Source: Podarcis melisellensis
Lineage: Eukaryota
Assembly: GCA_964234715.1 (NCBI GenBank)
Contig: OZ174279.1
DNA length: 64,000 bases
Direction: 5' to 3' (one strand)
Both the position numbers and the translations under genes were made by a program. Below are positions 13,131-26,177 of the stretch, piece by piece; position 1 is the first letter of the stretch, and every line of letters starts with the position of its first letter. The notes beneath the pieces are model-generated. The model saw only the letters and a list, made by a program, of their open reading frames with translations, was not told the DNA's origin and did no database searches.

Positions 13131-13776
13131 ATAATAAATAATAATAATAATTTTAAAACGTACTATGATGCTTATGTTCTACCTTCATTGTCTCTCTTTG
13201 TTTCTGAATATCACTTGCTGGGAAATGGCACGGGGGAGTGCTGTTGCCCTCAGATCCTGCTTGCAGACTTCCCTTAGGCATCCAGTTGGCCACTGTGAGA
13301 ACAGGATGCTGGGCTACGTGGGCCTTTGGCTCTTATCTAGAATGGCTCTTTTTGTGTTCTTGATGTCACAAAACAACAACAGTAAAATAAAAAGTTCTGC
13401 TTCAAGTGTCGAAAATACTTGACAAGTCATTGCAAGGTTACATTGCAAGGTCCTCTTGTGGGAAAGGAACGTGGGAACGGTTAAATTGTTTTCTGGTAGA
13501 AAACTTTGATTTTCTTGGCAATTCTGTTTTCCCTTCAGCGATTTTTCATGCTACAAAAAGCTACTTTGTTTCCTTGGAGGTAGCAGGAGCTAGAAATCAT
13601 GTCACCTTTAGAGTTTTGGAGTAAGTTGTCAGCAATATGCTGATGACACACAGCTCTACTTCTCCGGACCTTGGGACTGGATGAGAGCTCATTCCAGATA
13701 AAACCGAGGCACTGTTAGTGTGAAGCAGATTTGCAGATTTCTGTGCTCGGTTAGAGGCTAATCCTATGCATAGGTA

Positions 13777-14007
13777 CAGTGGTACCTCGGTTTACAGATG
13801 CTTCAGGTTACAGACACTTCAGGTTACAGACTCCGCAAACCCAGAAATAGTAACCTCGGGTTAAGAACTTTGCTTCAGGATGAGAACAGAAATCGTGTGG
13901 CAGCAGCGTGAGGTCCCATTAGCTAAAGTGGTACCTCAGGTTAAGAACAGTTTCAGGTTAAGAACGGACCTCCCGAACGAATTAGTTCTTAACCAGAGGT
14001 ACCACTG
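13777..14007. mobile_element. Tc1/mariner MITE, family B (orientation opposite to 8450)
   Basis: Same TIRs and TA TSD. Confidence 0.9.
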
Positions 14008-14068
14008 TACACTTAAACTCACCAATGAGTCCAGGTGTGACACAGGATATACAGGTTTGTTTCTATTA

Positions 14069-14432
14069 AAGGTAAAGGTAAAGGTACCCCTGCCCGTACG
14101 GGCCAGTCTTGACAGACTCTGGGGTTGTGCGCCCATCTCACTCAAGAGGCCAGGGGCCAGCGCTGTCTGAAGACACTTCCGGGTCACGTGGCCAGCGTGA
14201 CATCGCTGCTCTGGCGAGCCAGAGCTGCACACGGAAACGCCATTTACCTTCCCGCTAGAAAGCGGTCCCTATTTATCTACTTGCACCCGGGGGTGCTTTT
14301 GAACTGCTAGGTTGGCAGGCGCTGGGACCGAGCAACGGGAGCGCACCCCGCCGCGGGGATTCGAACCGCCGACCTTTCGATCGGCAAGCCCTAGGCGCTG
14401 AGGCTTTAACCCACAGCGCCACCCGCGTCCCT
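14069..14432 (-). mobile_element. Sauria SINE, full length, young and CpG-rich, variant 3' region
   Basis: Same head and tail as the other copies; 13-bp TSD tttgtttctatta (14056-14068 / 14433-14445). Confidence 0.9.
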
Positions 14433-14996
14433 TTTGTTTCTATTACTCTCCAGCAAAATATGATTTCTTTTCTAGAACTGCCTTGTTCAAGGTCAAGAGC
14501 ATAAAGTTTATCCGGTACATTTGACTTTCCACCTTGTGATTAAGTATGTTGCCATGTGTGCCAAAAGAAACATTCATTCTTTTTTACCTGTGGTGATGAA
14601 GAATTACGTAATAGAGAAAAATAAATAAACAAGTCTGCATTCATGCTCTATTAAGGATCTTTTCAAAATCTGATGTTATTCAATAGAGCCCAAGACTACT
14701 TCTTACTTTTGAGTAAATCCCCACTTTGCTCAAGGGGACTTTCTGCCAAGCACATGGTTGTTATCCCTGCCCCACAGAAGGGTGGTGGTTAACCATGTTT
14801 GACTCAAGAGCAGACCCACTGAAATTAATGAACCTGGCTAAAGAACTTAATCTCATTGGATCTGTTCTGAGAAAAAACTTGGCTGACTACAATCCTAAAT
14901 TGCTGTTCTCAAGTAAACACAAATATGACAGACACACAGGAGCTGGCTGTTGTTTACAATATGTGCAAAACTGAGCCACCAACCGATGCCAGCATT

Positions 14997-15190
14997 CAGA
15001 GGTGCCAGCTTGAGTAAAATTGGGGGGGGCTAGGTAAGCCCCACCCTACATAATCACGCAGAAGATGTGGCATATGCACACCATTTGAACGGCAATGCCC
15101 AGCAACTTTTGGGGGGCGACTCGACCCCCTCAAATATTTTTTTTGGGGGGGGCTCTGAAGGGCCCTTAGACCCAAGGACTTTGCTCCTAT
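14997..15190. repeat. Dispersed repeat, probable DNA-transposon derivative, homologous to 41241-41405
   Basis: Shared blocks CTTGA.TAAAA.TGGGGGGG…TGCACAC.ATTTGAACGGC.ATG.CCA.CAACTTT…CCCCTCAAATATT…TGAAGGG.CCTT. Confidence 0.7.
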
Positions 15191-15379
15191 TCCTGAATTC
15201 ATCCCGCAGTTGTGCGCAGTATCAAAAAATGTAAACGAGATCTTCGGTTTTCTTTTTTGGTTTATTGATTTTCAGTTACATTCACGGAGAGAAAAGATAC
15301 GATCAACAACAGGTTGGAGTACAGAGCCATCACAAAACAAAAAAGGGGGAAATATAACAGAAGCAATCGCAGATCCTCG

Positions 15380-16960
15380 TTCCAGCAGGGCTTGCCCGGG
15401 GCTCCAGAGCACGAGGCCAGCTTCGCCTTCCTGCCCCCGGCGCGGCCTGGGAGGCGAAGAAAACAGCCCGAGCGGAGCCCGGCCCTCTCGCTCCGACGCC
15501 AGGCGTGGTGTTTACACGGGAGGAAAGCCCGCTAAGGCTTTTTTGCACGCCCAAGCAACCGCTCCGTCCCCTGACAAGCCGCTCCTGCCTGAAGCAGCAG
15601 CAACAGCCAGCGCGGCCCTCCCACCCGGCCACTCCTCCGCCGCCGCGTGTCCCCGCCTCCCCTGGCGGCCCCCTCGTTTCCTGCTGCTGGCGGAGGCCGA
15701 GGGAGAAGGTGGCGGTGGAGGCGGTGGACGGAGGACAAGAAGCGCCCCGCAGCCGGAGCGAGCCTCGTCCGCGGAGGAAGCGCAGCAGCGCCGCCGCCCC
15801 CACCACCTCCTCCTCCCGCTTTCCTTCCGTGTGTGTGTTTGTGTGCATTTGCTCCACCGCCGCCCCCTTCCTCCTCCTCCGCTTCCCTTTGCAGCCCCTT
15901 CGCGTCTCTTCCTCCCCGCAGCCCGGGACAATAGAAGCAAGGGAGATGTCCTCCTCCGGCGGCGGCGGCGGCCACCAGCACAGCCAGAGCCGCGCCATTC
16001 CCACCCGGACGGTGCTCATCAACGACTCCTCGCAGCTACCTCATGACTATTGCACCACGCCCGGGGGGACGCTGTTCTCCACCACGCCCGGAGGTAACAT
16101 CAGAGCAGTAATAATAATCAGCCTCATCCTCTGGATGCACACGGGCCTTGCCGAGAGCTGTCCGTTGTGCATTTGCTCGCGGGCATTGCAAAAGGGGGCG
16201 CGGGCGCCCTATAGGTCGGGGTGGAGGGAGGAAGAAAAGGAGACGTCGCAGGGGCGCCAGCGAGCATGGCCAGCCAGGCTTTAAAAAAGGGGGACGAGGC
16301 CTCCAGAGGCGAGGCCGTCAATCATAAATGTAGCGGCGGCGGGGTGGGCGTGTAATTTTCTCTCCCCCCCCCTTAATAAGATTGGGGAGGAAGTTGGGAA
16401 GCTAAGTCGCTGAGTCTCCAGGCCATATGCTGGAAGCCCCCTTCGGTGGGCCTTGCTCTGCCCGGGTCTGCAGGGCGCCCGCAAGAAAGACGCGTGTTGG
16501 CGCGCCCCGACGCATGGCGGCGAGGTGGTTCTCTTTCCCCCTCGTTGCTCGAAAGGGGAAGCTGCTTCGGTGTACAAAGCATGGTGGGGAAGGGGGAGTT
16601 TGCCCCCAGAGCTAACGGGGAGGCCCTTCCCTCTCTCCCTGTCTCCCCGCCCCTCTTCCCGTCGTCAGTTTGCCTTGCCGCTTTCCTGGGCCGACCCGGG
16701 TCTAGCTAGGCCGCGCTCCCGGTGCGCGGGGCTGCTGGCGGCGAGTTATTTGTAAACAAGGCCCAGGAGCCTCGAGGAAAAAGCCCGTGACGGTTGCACA
16801 ATAGCAGGGGAGGAGCGCCGAGGCGGGCGGGGGATTTCTCCGACAGCTGCAGCCCCTGCAGGGAGACGGAGCGCCGGCTCCGCCGAGGGGTCGGCCAGCC
16901 TCCCAAGACAGGGGGAGATCGAGGGATCCCGACCAAAAGAAAGGATAACCCTTTTGCAGA
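15380..16960 (+). promoter_or_regulatory. EIF4EBP2: CpG island covering the EIF4EBP2 promoter, exon 1 and start of intron 1
   Basis: Very high GC and CpG density around the EIF4EBP2 start codon. Confidence 0.9.
15946..16093 (+). CDS. EIF4EBP2: EIF4EBP2 (4E-BP2) coding exon 1: [49 protein letters not shown]+1 nt
   Basis: RAIP motif and two TPGG phosphosites; 4E-BP2-type [11 protein letters not shown]; donor G|GTAAC at 16094; 148 nt, phase 1. Confidence 0.98.
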
Positions 16961-19900
16961 GCTAGCGGGGATACGGATTGTGCCAGCCACGTTTTGCACA
17001 AGCCTCCTCTGTTCACGCCTGTCCCTGGGAATTCAGCCTGCTGCTGCTTTCCTGAATGACTTTGTTTTAAAATTTAAAAGGCTCAGGCGCCAGAGCCCCT
17101 TGCGATCTTGCATGTTTTAAGAGGCATAAAGGGTCTCTGCCACTCCTGCGTGGCCCTATAGTAAAATAAACTCCTTTGCTCCACCCTGAATAATTTACAA
17201 ATGCTGTATTCTGTGGCGTTTTACATGCATTGAATACTGTACTGACAGAAAGAAGGTATGAAGGCAAGGCAAGCAAAATTCCTCATTTTACTGGTTGAGA
17301 GGTGGTTTGAGATTATGTACAGAACAGAGCAGGGTTTCTCTCACTCCCCTCCCCCCACCCCTAGCTGGGTAGGCATTGCACTTTTCCTGGTTCACAGCCC
17401 AAAGCTCATTGCTGAAAAATGTGGAAGTAGGTCCTGCATTCTGAGCTGTTTCTTTCTGAAAGACAAGACGAAAACAATGTCTAGGGCTTGGAACCTGCTG
17501 CTTCTCTGTAGCCTAGACATTAGGACTTGGCCTGAAGCTTAGTTTAGTTTCCAGCCACTTAAAAAGGCAGGCATTAGCAGCTTTGTCCACCTTTCTTTTC
17601 ATTATATATGCTTGAAATGCTGAATTGCAAATTATGGTGGCATGCGGCTTTCATGGCATTAGAATCATTGCAGCTAACAAATTTGGATCTGGACCTCAAA
17701 AGCAGGTGACACAATAAATCTTTCAAGTCCTTAAGCCTTAAAGTTTATGGTGTCAAAATGTTCTTCATAAACTAAATGGTGACACTGTGCCAAATCCATA
17801 CCATTGTTCTCTTCCCAATTTATCCTTCATGCCTGCCTTTGGCTGCTATTCATGTCATGCACACATGCTACTTTGATTTGTGCATACATAGGCATTATAG
17901 ATTGTGGGCCCCCTAAACCCTAGAAATTGATAAATGGTAGGATTTTGTTGATTCGGGATGTGAAGGGATGTGAAGGGAGGAAGGAACGGAAACTGCAGAG
18001 GAATTCCTGGGCTAGTCTATGCAAAACTACCTGGCCAATCTAGGGCCATTAAGAAACCATAGAGGGCCATTAGCAATGCAAGACAACTGTCATCCCCCTT
18101 GCCCTGAGGTGTGAACAGAGACGGGTTTGGAAGGTTGCTAGCTTTGGGATGTCAGGAAAAGGGAGTCTTGGTAGCAAGGGGTTCTGGGAAGGAGAAGGAG
18201 GAAGAGAGATTGGAATCCATCTTTGGGCAGGCTGGCTGCAAAGCTGACAGGGAGAGATGTCTTGCACTCCAGGACTGCACTTCTCTGGTGTACAAGCCTC
18301 TCTTGAAATGACTGTGCAGTGAGATCTGTACTCCCTCCATGCAGAATGAAGGTGAACAAACCATCTTTCTTAAAGCTACAACAGTTCATTATGTCTCAGT
18401 TCTCCAAAGGAACACACCCTGGGAGAGTGCCTGGAACCCCATGGGCTTTTGCCACCAATTGGCAGAGAAAGGGGGAGGCACCCAACTTTTATAGCAGAGT
18501 TGCGGCCTTCCCTGCTACCCACTTTGGTGAGTCCTGGCAGGCTTGTAGGTTTAAAAAGGTTCTTCATTTTACCTTTGCATGCAGCTAAAATTGTGCCTCT
18601 TTGGAACGGGGCTACCTGTGAGCCTTCAGAAGGCCTTCTTAAGGAGTTGCAGCTTTCCTTTTTTCAATAGTAGATTTCCCTCATGAACTCATTGCTTCCT
18701 GTGTATTCTGCTTTTCCTCTTTTAATCCAATCATTCCAAATTACTTGTGATTTTGGGCAGTACTCACCTGTTTCTTTGACACATGGTAATTTGCTGTCCT
18801 GTGTGTCTGCGAAGGCTGCCTGCTGAAATGAAGGTAATAAGAAGGGGTGTTACGCATATAACAGTGGTGGGAACCTCATCTCAACCCCCTTCACAGCAGC
18901 CTTCTAGAAGCCCCATTCCTCTGGTTGGCAAGGCCAGAGGTGAAAGTGGGTGGAGCAAATAATGTAAATTTTACCACTGTACTAGTTTCAATATGCACTC
19001 ATTCTCCCCCCACAAATCGTTGCTCCAGGCAAGCAAGAATTATTACCAGAACTCAAGGGCACATTCCTGCAAGGCAAAACTGAGGGTGCCAAGTGGGGGT
19101 TGCTATGAGGAGAGCCCCGGAAGCTAAGTAGAGAGGCGTAGGGGGCTGCATCTGCGCTCCTGACCTGAGGTTTCCCATCCCTGGCATAGAAAGTTTCAGG
19201 TTGCAATTATTTTATTCTGTTTTGATCCAAATTTGCTGTGATTGGGGATTTAACTAATTAAAATCAGTGACACGTTCATACACTTCCCTAAAATAGCCTT
19301 TAATATTCTACACTTGGAACAAAATGTCCTCCAGTGATTAATTCAGTTATAATGGTAAGATTTTATTTGTGCACACGTAGAGCTCATGCAGATCAAGGGA
19401 GATCATATATAACATTACTGTTCTCTAAAAACAGGTTTGGGGAACTTCTGTCCCTCTAGATGTTGCTGAACCACAACTCCCATCATACCTGGCCATTGGC
19501 CATGCTGGCTGGGGTTGATGGGAGTTGTAGTTCAAAACATCTGGAGCGTACTGAGTTGGGTAAGGCACTAGATTCTAGTGTTGGTTTGGAGGATTTCTGT
19601 AAGAAAAATTGGGCTAGGTTTTCCTTGCTCTGTTCCAGCAAGATAACTTGCATTCTTGAGTAAAAGTGCATACTTGGGATCACTTGTCTATAAAGACGTA
19701 AGAAATCTATACAAATACAATATCTTGCTTTATCATTTTGAAATTCTTTACTGGACAAAGGGGTTCTTTCCTTCCTTTTTTTTTAAGGTAAGCCATGCTA
19801 AACTTGTTGACCTACCCCCATCTTAACTGAATCTGCCTAGGTCATCCCTACACTGAAATAATCAGGAAAGAGGACAGAGCCTGCAGATCAAGCTGGCCTG

Positions 19901-20674
19901 ACTGCAATTTGGTTTTGAAAACAATGTTAGGTGCATGATACTATGATTCTACGATCTCCAAACATTCATATTTTCATTCTTGGAACCCGGGGGCCTTGTT
20001 TTGCTAGGCCGCTTCTACTGTTCCAGGAATTGGAGCAAAATAGCAAGCACCAGAAACTGAATATTACTCCTGAGTGTAGCTGTAGATGTGTAAAGGAGAA
20101 GGAACTTAGAAGGACAAAGTATCAGCTTGCTTCTTAGGAGTGCCAGCAGTCATGAGGAACTGAGAAGGGGCAAAAAACACAGAAATTTAGCAACATTTGG
20201 ATTGGTTCCCCAGCTTATACAGAGTTTCTTCTGTTTTGTTAGAAGACAAATTCCATGCTCATTCTGAATTTGTTTTGTTTCGTTTGAAAGCACTGAGTGT
20301 GCCTTACTACCTGCCATGGACACTGGAATGTTGCCCAGGTCAACAAGGGGGGGGGTGAGGATTAGATGGGTTCCAGGAGCAAAGAGACATGAATGTTCAA
20401 GTATTAACACTTCTGCTGAAACCTGCCTTGAAAAACAACCTCTCAGAAGGCCTCTTAGGAGCCTTGTGGGCTGAAAACTTCGAACCCACAGTGTATGTGT
20501 CCGTCCGTCCCCCCCCAATTCAGGCAAGTCGCCTGCTTATTTTCCAAGAACTGAAGAATATTGCCACTAGATAATCACAATCGTAATAAAAAATCAATAT
20601 AAACCATTAGGGTTTTCCAATAGCATTTCTAGCTTTGTGCTTTGGAGAGGCAATGACTGTTCCTTGTGCCAGTA

Positions 20675-20900
20675 CAGTGGTACCTTGGGTTACATGCGGT
20701 TCAGGTTACAGACTCCGCTAACCCAGAAATAGTGCTTCAGGTTAAGAACTGTGCTTCAGGGTGAGAACAGAAATCGTGCTCCGGCGGTGCGGCAGCAGCA
20801 GGAGGCCCCATTAGCTAAAGTGGTGCTTCAGGTTAAGAACAGTTTCAGGTTAAGTACGGACCTCCGGAATGAATTAAGTACTTAACCCGAGGTACCACTG
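20675..20900. mobile_element. Tc1/mariner MITE, family B
   Basis: Same TIRs and TA TSD. Confidence 0.9.
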
Positions 20901-22213
20901 TAGTTTCTTCTCTCCCCTGTTCCCCATATGTAGCTGCTAAGAAGACCTTTAATTTATAATCACTACAGGCAATCCTTGCTCCGTGACAATAGGCCTCAGC
21001 ACCCTGTTTTCAAGTTCAAGTTCTTCAGGCTCATTATTCCCTCTGGATTAAAGCTGCAAAACACAAGATACGTGTGCAAATACGTTTCAGACTGCTGCCT
21101 TGCTTGAGGCGGTCAAGATCAAGGGCCCAGAGTTCCGAGACTGTTCAGGCGCAGAGATAAACTGATAAGCTAGCACATAAAAATAAACTTTGTGTGCATG
21201 TTTGGGGTGAGAGGTAGGCTACAGTATCAGAATGGTTCTTGTTGACCTCAGTTCCCCTGAGCTTGTAGTCTTGTGTTTGTTCTGTTGTTCAAACACGAAG
21301 AGGGGCTTTTCTTTTGGTACAGGATACAAAGTATTTTTGTTGCCAAGTAGCCCGCCCATGGGTGAGACATTTGAAATGAACAATGAAAACGGGGGCAAAA
21401 TTGCATTATGCTGCTTTTTTGGGATCTCGGTTTGGGATGGTGGAATAAGTGAGCTGGCAGATTTGGCTAGGAAAACCCTTACATTGCAATGCAGCATTGC
21501 AAACGAGTTGTTCATCTCTCTCCCAGTATTATTGTTTATCTTGGACCATAGTGGGGTAGGATATTTTACCCCTGTACTTTATTTTACTTATTTAAAGCTA
21601 CAGTTTACACATACTGTGTATATCAAGTTTGAGTTTCATAAAGCCACCACACTGGGGGGGGGGGGAGAGTTTATGGAGTATAACTTCAGTTCATTTATGG
21701 GTAGAATTTAACAGCTTCTTTTTCAATAGTATTTCCAAGGGATCAGCTATTCTAATATGTGCTTCTAACCCTCAGCTTGCACCTCTTAGTTTCAAATGCC
21801 TTTGCTTACTTTCCTTTTTGTATCTGTATTTAATGAGGTTAATGACCAGAAAAATGACTATGAAACTCGCCCTCGTTCCTCAGTGTCAAACGCAGCATCT
21901 GTTGGTTGTATTTCTGTCAGCAGAGAACATAACAGAACCCACAGAGCTGCCTATTAGCCGGCCCTTCTCCTTCCAGTAGACTTTTTGGACACGTTATGCG
22001 TCTAAATTCCATCACTTGCAGTGCCTTCACATATAATGATGGCTGTTATGCAGATGTGAAGCTACTACTTGAACTCAGTGGTACCTTTTCCAAGATAAAT
22101 GTGATCGAAGTGTTGGATTGCAAGACTGAGCTGGCTCAGCTAGCAACTTTGGAAGGGAATACCTTTCGGCAACAGAATAGACATCTTCATGGAAGTTACT
22201 GGAAGGCTGATAA

Positions 22214-22649
22214 CCGTATTTTTCGTTCCATAGGACGCACGTAATTTTTTTTGGGGGGATAAAGGAATTTGTCCCCCCTTTATTTCCCCCCCAAAAAAAA
22301 CCAGGTCGGGGAACAGCGGGATGGCGGCGCTGCGCCTCCCTGCTGTCCCCCGAGCTTGTGGGGCTGGCCGATGTCTGCCTGAAGCGTGGGGCGCTCTGCT
22401 TCAGGGCATTTCGCGCGCCGGGTGGCACGCTGCTATCCGCAGCGTGGGGAGCCCTGCGGGAACTCCCGCAGGCTCCCCAGGCTTGCTGATAGCTTCCTGA
22501 AGCCTGGAGAGCGAGAGGGGTCAGTGTGCACCGACCCCTCTCGCTCTCCAAGCTTCAGCGAAAGCCTGTATTCGCCCCATAGGATGCACACAGATTCCCC
22601 CCTCACTTTTGGAGAGGAAAAAGTGTGTCCTATAGGGCAAAAAATATGG
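22214..22649. mobile_element. pogo/mariner-type MITE
   Basis: CCGTATTTTTCGTTCCATAGGACGC / GTGTCCTATAGGGCAAAAAATATGG termini, TA on the right flank. Confidence 0.75.
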
Positions 22650-22693
22650 TATATCTCCTGGCCATGCTTTTGCCTGCCCCTACTCCTTCTTCA

Positions 22694-23036
22694 AGGGACG
22701 TGGGTGGCGCTGTGGGTTAAACCACAGAGCCTAGGACTTGCCAATCAGAAGGTTGGCTGTTCGAATCCCCGCAACGGGGTGAGCTCCCGTTGCCCGGTCC
22801 CTGCTCCTGCAAACCTAGCAGTTCAAAAGCATGTCAGAGTGCAAGTAGATAAATAGGTACCGCTCTGGCGGGAAGGTAAATGGCGTTTCCGTGCACTGCT
22901 CTGGTTCGTCAGAAGCGGCTTAGTCATGCTGGCCACACGACCTGGAAGCTGTACGCCGGCCAATAAAGCGAGATGAGCGCCGCAACCCCAGAGTCGGCCA
23001 CAACTGGACCTAATGGTCAGGGGTCCCTTTACCTTT
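22694..23036 (+). mobile_element. Sauria SINE
   Basis: GGGACGTGGGTGGCGC head, CCTTTACCTTT tail; TSD ta(c/t)tccttcttca. Confidence 0.9.
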
Positions 23037-24370
23037 ATTCCTTCTTCAGCAGAGAAACCTCTGAACTCAAATCCAGCAATTGGAACAAAATGTATAAATT
23101 GCATATTTTTTCTTGTAATTCTTTATACTTGCTGTGCTTTTCCTCTTGCAGAAATGGGGAGTTTTGGGTTCTGATTTATTGTAAGCTGGTTTTAGAATAA
23201 ATACTGCAGAGTAAAAAAAATGGGAGAGCTGCAGAAAAAAGGCTACCAAGCAGAGAGAATAGGTTCCTGGGAATGTGCTTAATGTCGACAGCAACAGGTG
23301 GTTGCTGGAAACCTCAAGTGCCTTCTTTCTAGGTTCTTAAACTGAAACGACTTACACGTTTCTAGGATTTTCTCCTCTTAAAAAGCTGTTAGGATTTTGT
23401 GCGTGTTATTTTAATCTTGTAAATAGGTCTGCAAAAGTTGCTATCCCTCAAGCCTTGATCCTGTGTACCTTTTAAATACGCACCTTTAGTCAGTTTTGTA
23501 GCATTTGTGGCCTGAAGGAAAGGTTGGCAGTGCGCGGAACAATTCCTGTCTGGTTTACAAAAGTTTCCTTTGCTGTTCCTTTAGAAATATTGCTTACCTT
23601 TCACAGCTGATTTGGCCGAGTGGTTGTTTACAAGCTGGGTTGTTCAGTTTCTATATTACCTCTGCATCCTAGGAATGTGCACAAACGGTGCTGTTATAAG
23701 GGTTTCACTCTCCTAATCTTAGTGGAGCATGATTCATCGTAAGGGAGGAAGCAGTTGCTTACCTGTGTTGGGCCCAAGCCACAGTAAAAGACAGTTTGGT
23801 TGTTTGTAGTACTTCTGCAGCCACTCAAGCCATTTTGTTTACTGACTGCAAAAGGAAACTGGAGGCCCAGGTGTATAGCTCCACAAAAACAAAGCAACCC
23901 TAATGGGAGGAATGGTCAGATCACAGGAATTTAGCCAAATGATGAAGGATGAAGATGGGATTTAAGAAGTGTGACCAGATATGGAGAGTGGGTGGGTTGG
24001 AATAGAAGTGTGTTCCATGTGCTTCCCTGCCTCCCTGTTAAGTTTTTAAAAGTCTCCTCCTGTTTCTGAAGTGTTCAGCCTTGCCTCACTTTTCTCCCTT
24101 TTGCATACAGAGATGGAATTCATTCCAGACTGGTGCCTCTAGGGTTTCATTCAAACCAAACAACCAGATAACTGCTGTTTAAACTATACAGTACTTGCTG
24201 TTCAGATTACAGCTCTGCTCTTACTGTGAAATGCAGCAGAGTTCATAATATTGCCTTCCGAAAGGAGCTCTGTGGTGACAGAGAGGAACAGCTTGTTTGG
24301 TTGGCCACGAGCATTTCCTGTAAATATACAGTCACCAGAGTTTTGTTGTTATGTGACATGTTGTCAGAGA

Positions 24371-24784
24371 CAGTGTTAGAAACTGGGATAGAAAAGCTAG
24401 GAGCCAAATGGCTTCCGGGACCTGGGTTGTGGGCGCCAAAACAGAATGTTTGGTCGCCACTTTGGGGGAGGGGGGATGTCGGCAGCACTATTTATTCTTT
24501 TGATAAGCATGACATAATACGTAATTCACATGACACATTGTTATTATCACATTTTTAGCAGACATGGCTAATGCATGTTTAATTTGGTGTTTACAATGAA
24601 AATATTGGTACCATACTTCGGTTTTCAAAACATTCTACTCTTTATTGTTAAACTCCTTAGTATATTATCTATCTTTGACTGTCAACCAGATGCAAAAAAT
24701 GGCAGCTAGACTTTTTGAATTGCTCGCAAATGGAGAATCTTTAGGCGCAAAATGTGCCTGGCGCCCTGCTAGTTTCGAACCCTG
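24371..24784. mobile_element. hAT-type MITE
   Basis: TIRs CAGTGTTAGAAACTGG / CTAGTTTCGAACCCTG; perfect 8-bp TSD gtcagaga. Confidence 0.85.
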
Positions 24785-24821
24785 GTCAGAGACACAAACT
24801 TCTCTGTTTTCTCCTTGTATT

Positions 24822-24972
24822 CATAGAATCATAGAATTGTAGAGTTGGAAGGGACCCTGAGGATCATCTAGTCCAACCGCCTGCAATGCAGGAATTTGCA
24901 GCTGTCCTATATGGGGATCGAACCTGCGACCTTTGCGCTATCAGCACCATGCTCTAACCAACTGAGTTAGCC
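24822..24972 (-). mobile_element. Short tRNA-headed SINE with CR1-type (ATTCTATG)n tail
   Basis: Minus strand TAACTCAGTTGGTTAGAGCATGGTGCTGATAGCGCAAAGGTCGCAGGTTCGATCCCC fused to a CR1-like 3' end. Confidence 0.7.
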
Positions 24973-25481
24973 AGGCATCTCAGGTTAGAACATGAACCCT
25001 GCTGGATTTGAGACCAAAGTCTATCTTGTCCAGCGTGCTGTTTCTCTCAGTGGTCGATGTCTGAAACTACCAAGAAACCACAGGCAGGGCATTAAAGCAA
25101 GTCTCTTCCCCTGTTGTGTTGCCCTCGGCACCTGGTATTCCAAGGCACATTGCCTCTCAGCATCCCTTCCTGTTGAACTGATATGAAAGCCACATGCACC
25201 CTTAACAGGACTGCAGGGAAGCAGCATGAGGAGTCCCCATCTATATCTACATGCTACACGTGTAGTCAGATGTGTCATCTTTAGAATATATAGATGAGAA
25301 AACTGGTTTTCATCTCTCCTAGGAAATTGACATCCATACATCATAGTCAGTGAATGCTGTTTCTTTAAAAAGAAAATAAAGAGCCATACCCACTCAGCGT
25401 GAAAATAGCAGTCTATTGATTCTACTTGCAGTACAGTTCTGAGTTTGTCCACTCAGATTTAAGCCCTAGTTCGTTTAATGG

Positions 25482-25671
25482 TAGGGTTCCCATATTTCTA
25501 AAAGTAAAAACTAGGCTAGCCCGAAAGTTGTTGAGCTTTCTTTAGATGAACCCCTGAGTTGTTTTACAATAAACATGATTTTTCGATTGAAATGCCTAAG
25601 ATCTAGAACAAAGCACTACCTTTCGGAAATCCCCTCACCCCGACGTCAATTCTGGATGTATGGCAGCCCTA
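25482..25671. mobile_element. hAT-type MITE, degenerate
   Basis: TAGGGTTCCCATA / TATGGCAGCCCTA termini; 6/8 TSD tttaatgg / ttcattgg. Confidence 0.6.
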
Positions 25672-25743
25672 TTCATTGGGATTTATTCCCTTGTAAATAA
25701 GTTTATTATTTGCAGCAAATTAATTAGCAAACTGATGGGCTTA

Positions 25744-26069
25744 CCATAGATTCCGGCATATAAGACAACTTTTTAACCCTGGAAAATCCTCTAAAAAGTC
25801 GGGGGTCATCTTATACGCCGGGTATGGGTTTGCTGGGCAGCGACAGTGGGCAGCAGGCTCCACACCAGGAGGAAGCTGCCCAGCGATGCTAAGCCGGCTT
25901 AGCATCGCTGGGCAGCTTCACCGGGCAGCTTCCTCCTGGCGCGGAGCCCGCTACCCAGCGAAGCTGTCGCGTATAAGACTGGGCGTATAAGTCAACCCCC
26001 CAAATTTGCAGCTGCCAATTTGGGGGGTCGTCTTATACACCCATTTGCCTAATATGCAGGAATCTATGG
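25744..26069. mobile_element. pogo/mariner-type MITE with internal palindrome
   Basis: TA|CCATAGATTCCGGCATAT…ATATGCAGGAATCTATGG|TA. Confidence 0.8.
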
Positions 26070-26177
26070 TATATAAAGACTTGGGCCTTACTTGAGTTAT
26101 TATATGAGTATTGTTTGTAACCTCATCTATTGGAAAATGATTCTGATAGGCCAATTATCTTCTTCCTCCGCCCCCAG

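Noticed and set aside
15210-16284. Several 140-280 aa ORFs at the EIF4EBP2 promoter
   Set aside because: CpG-island artefacts; only 15946-16093 matches the protein.
24913-24972. tRNA gene
   Set aside because: The tRNA-like head is fused to a CR1-type tail, so it is a SINE.
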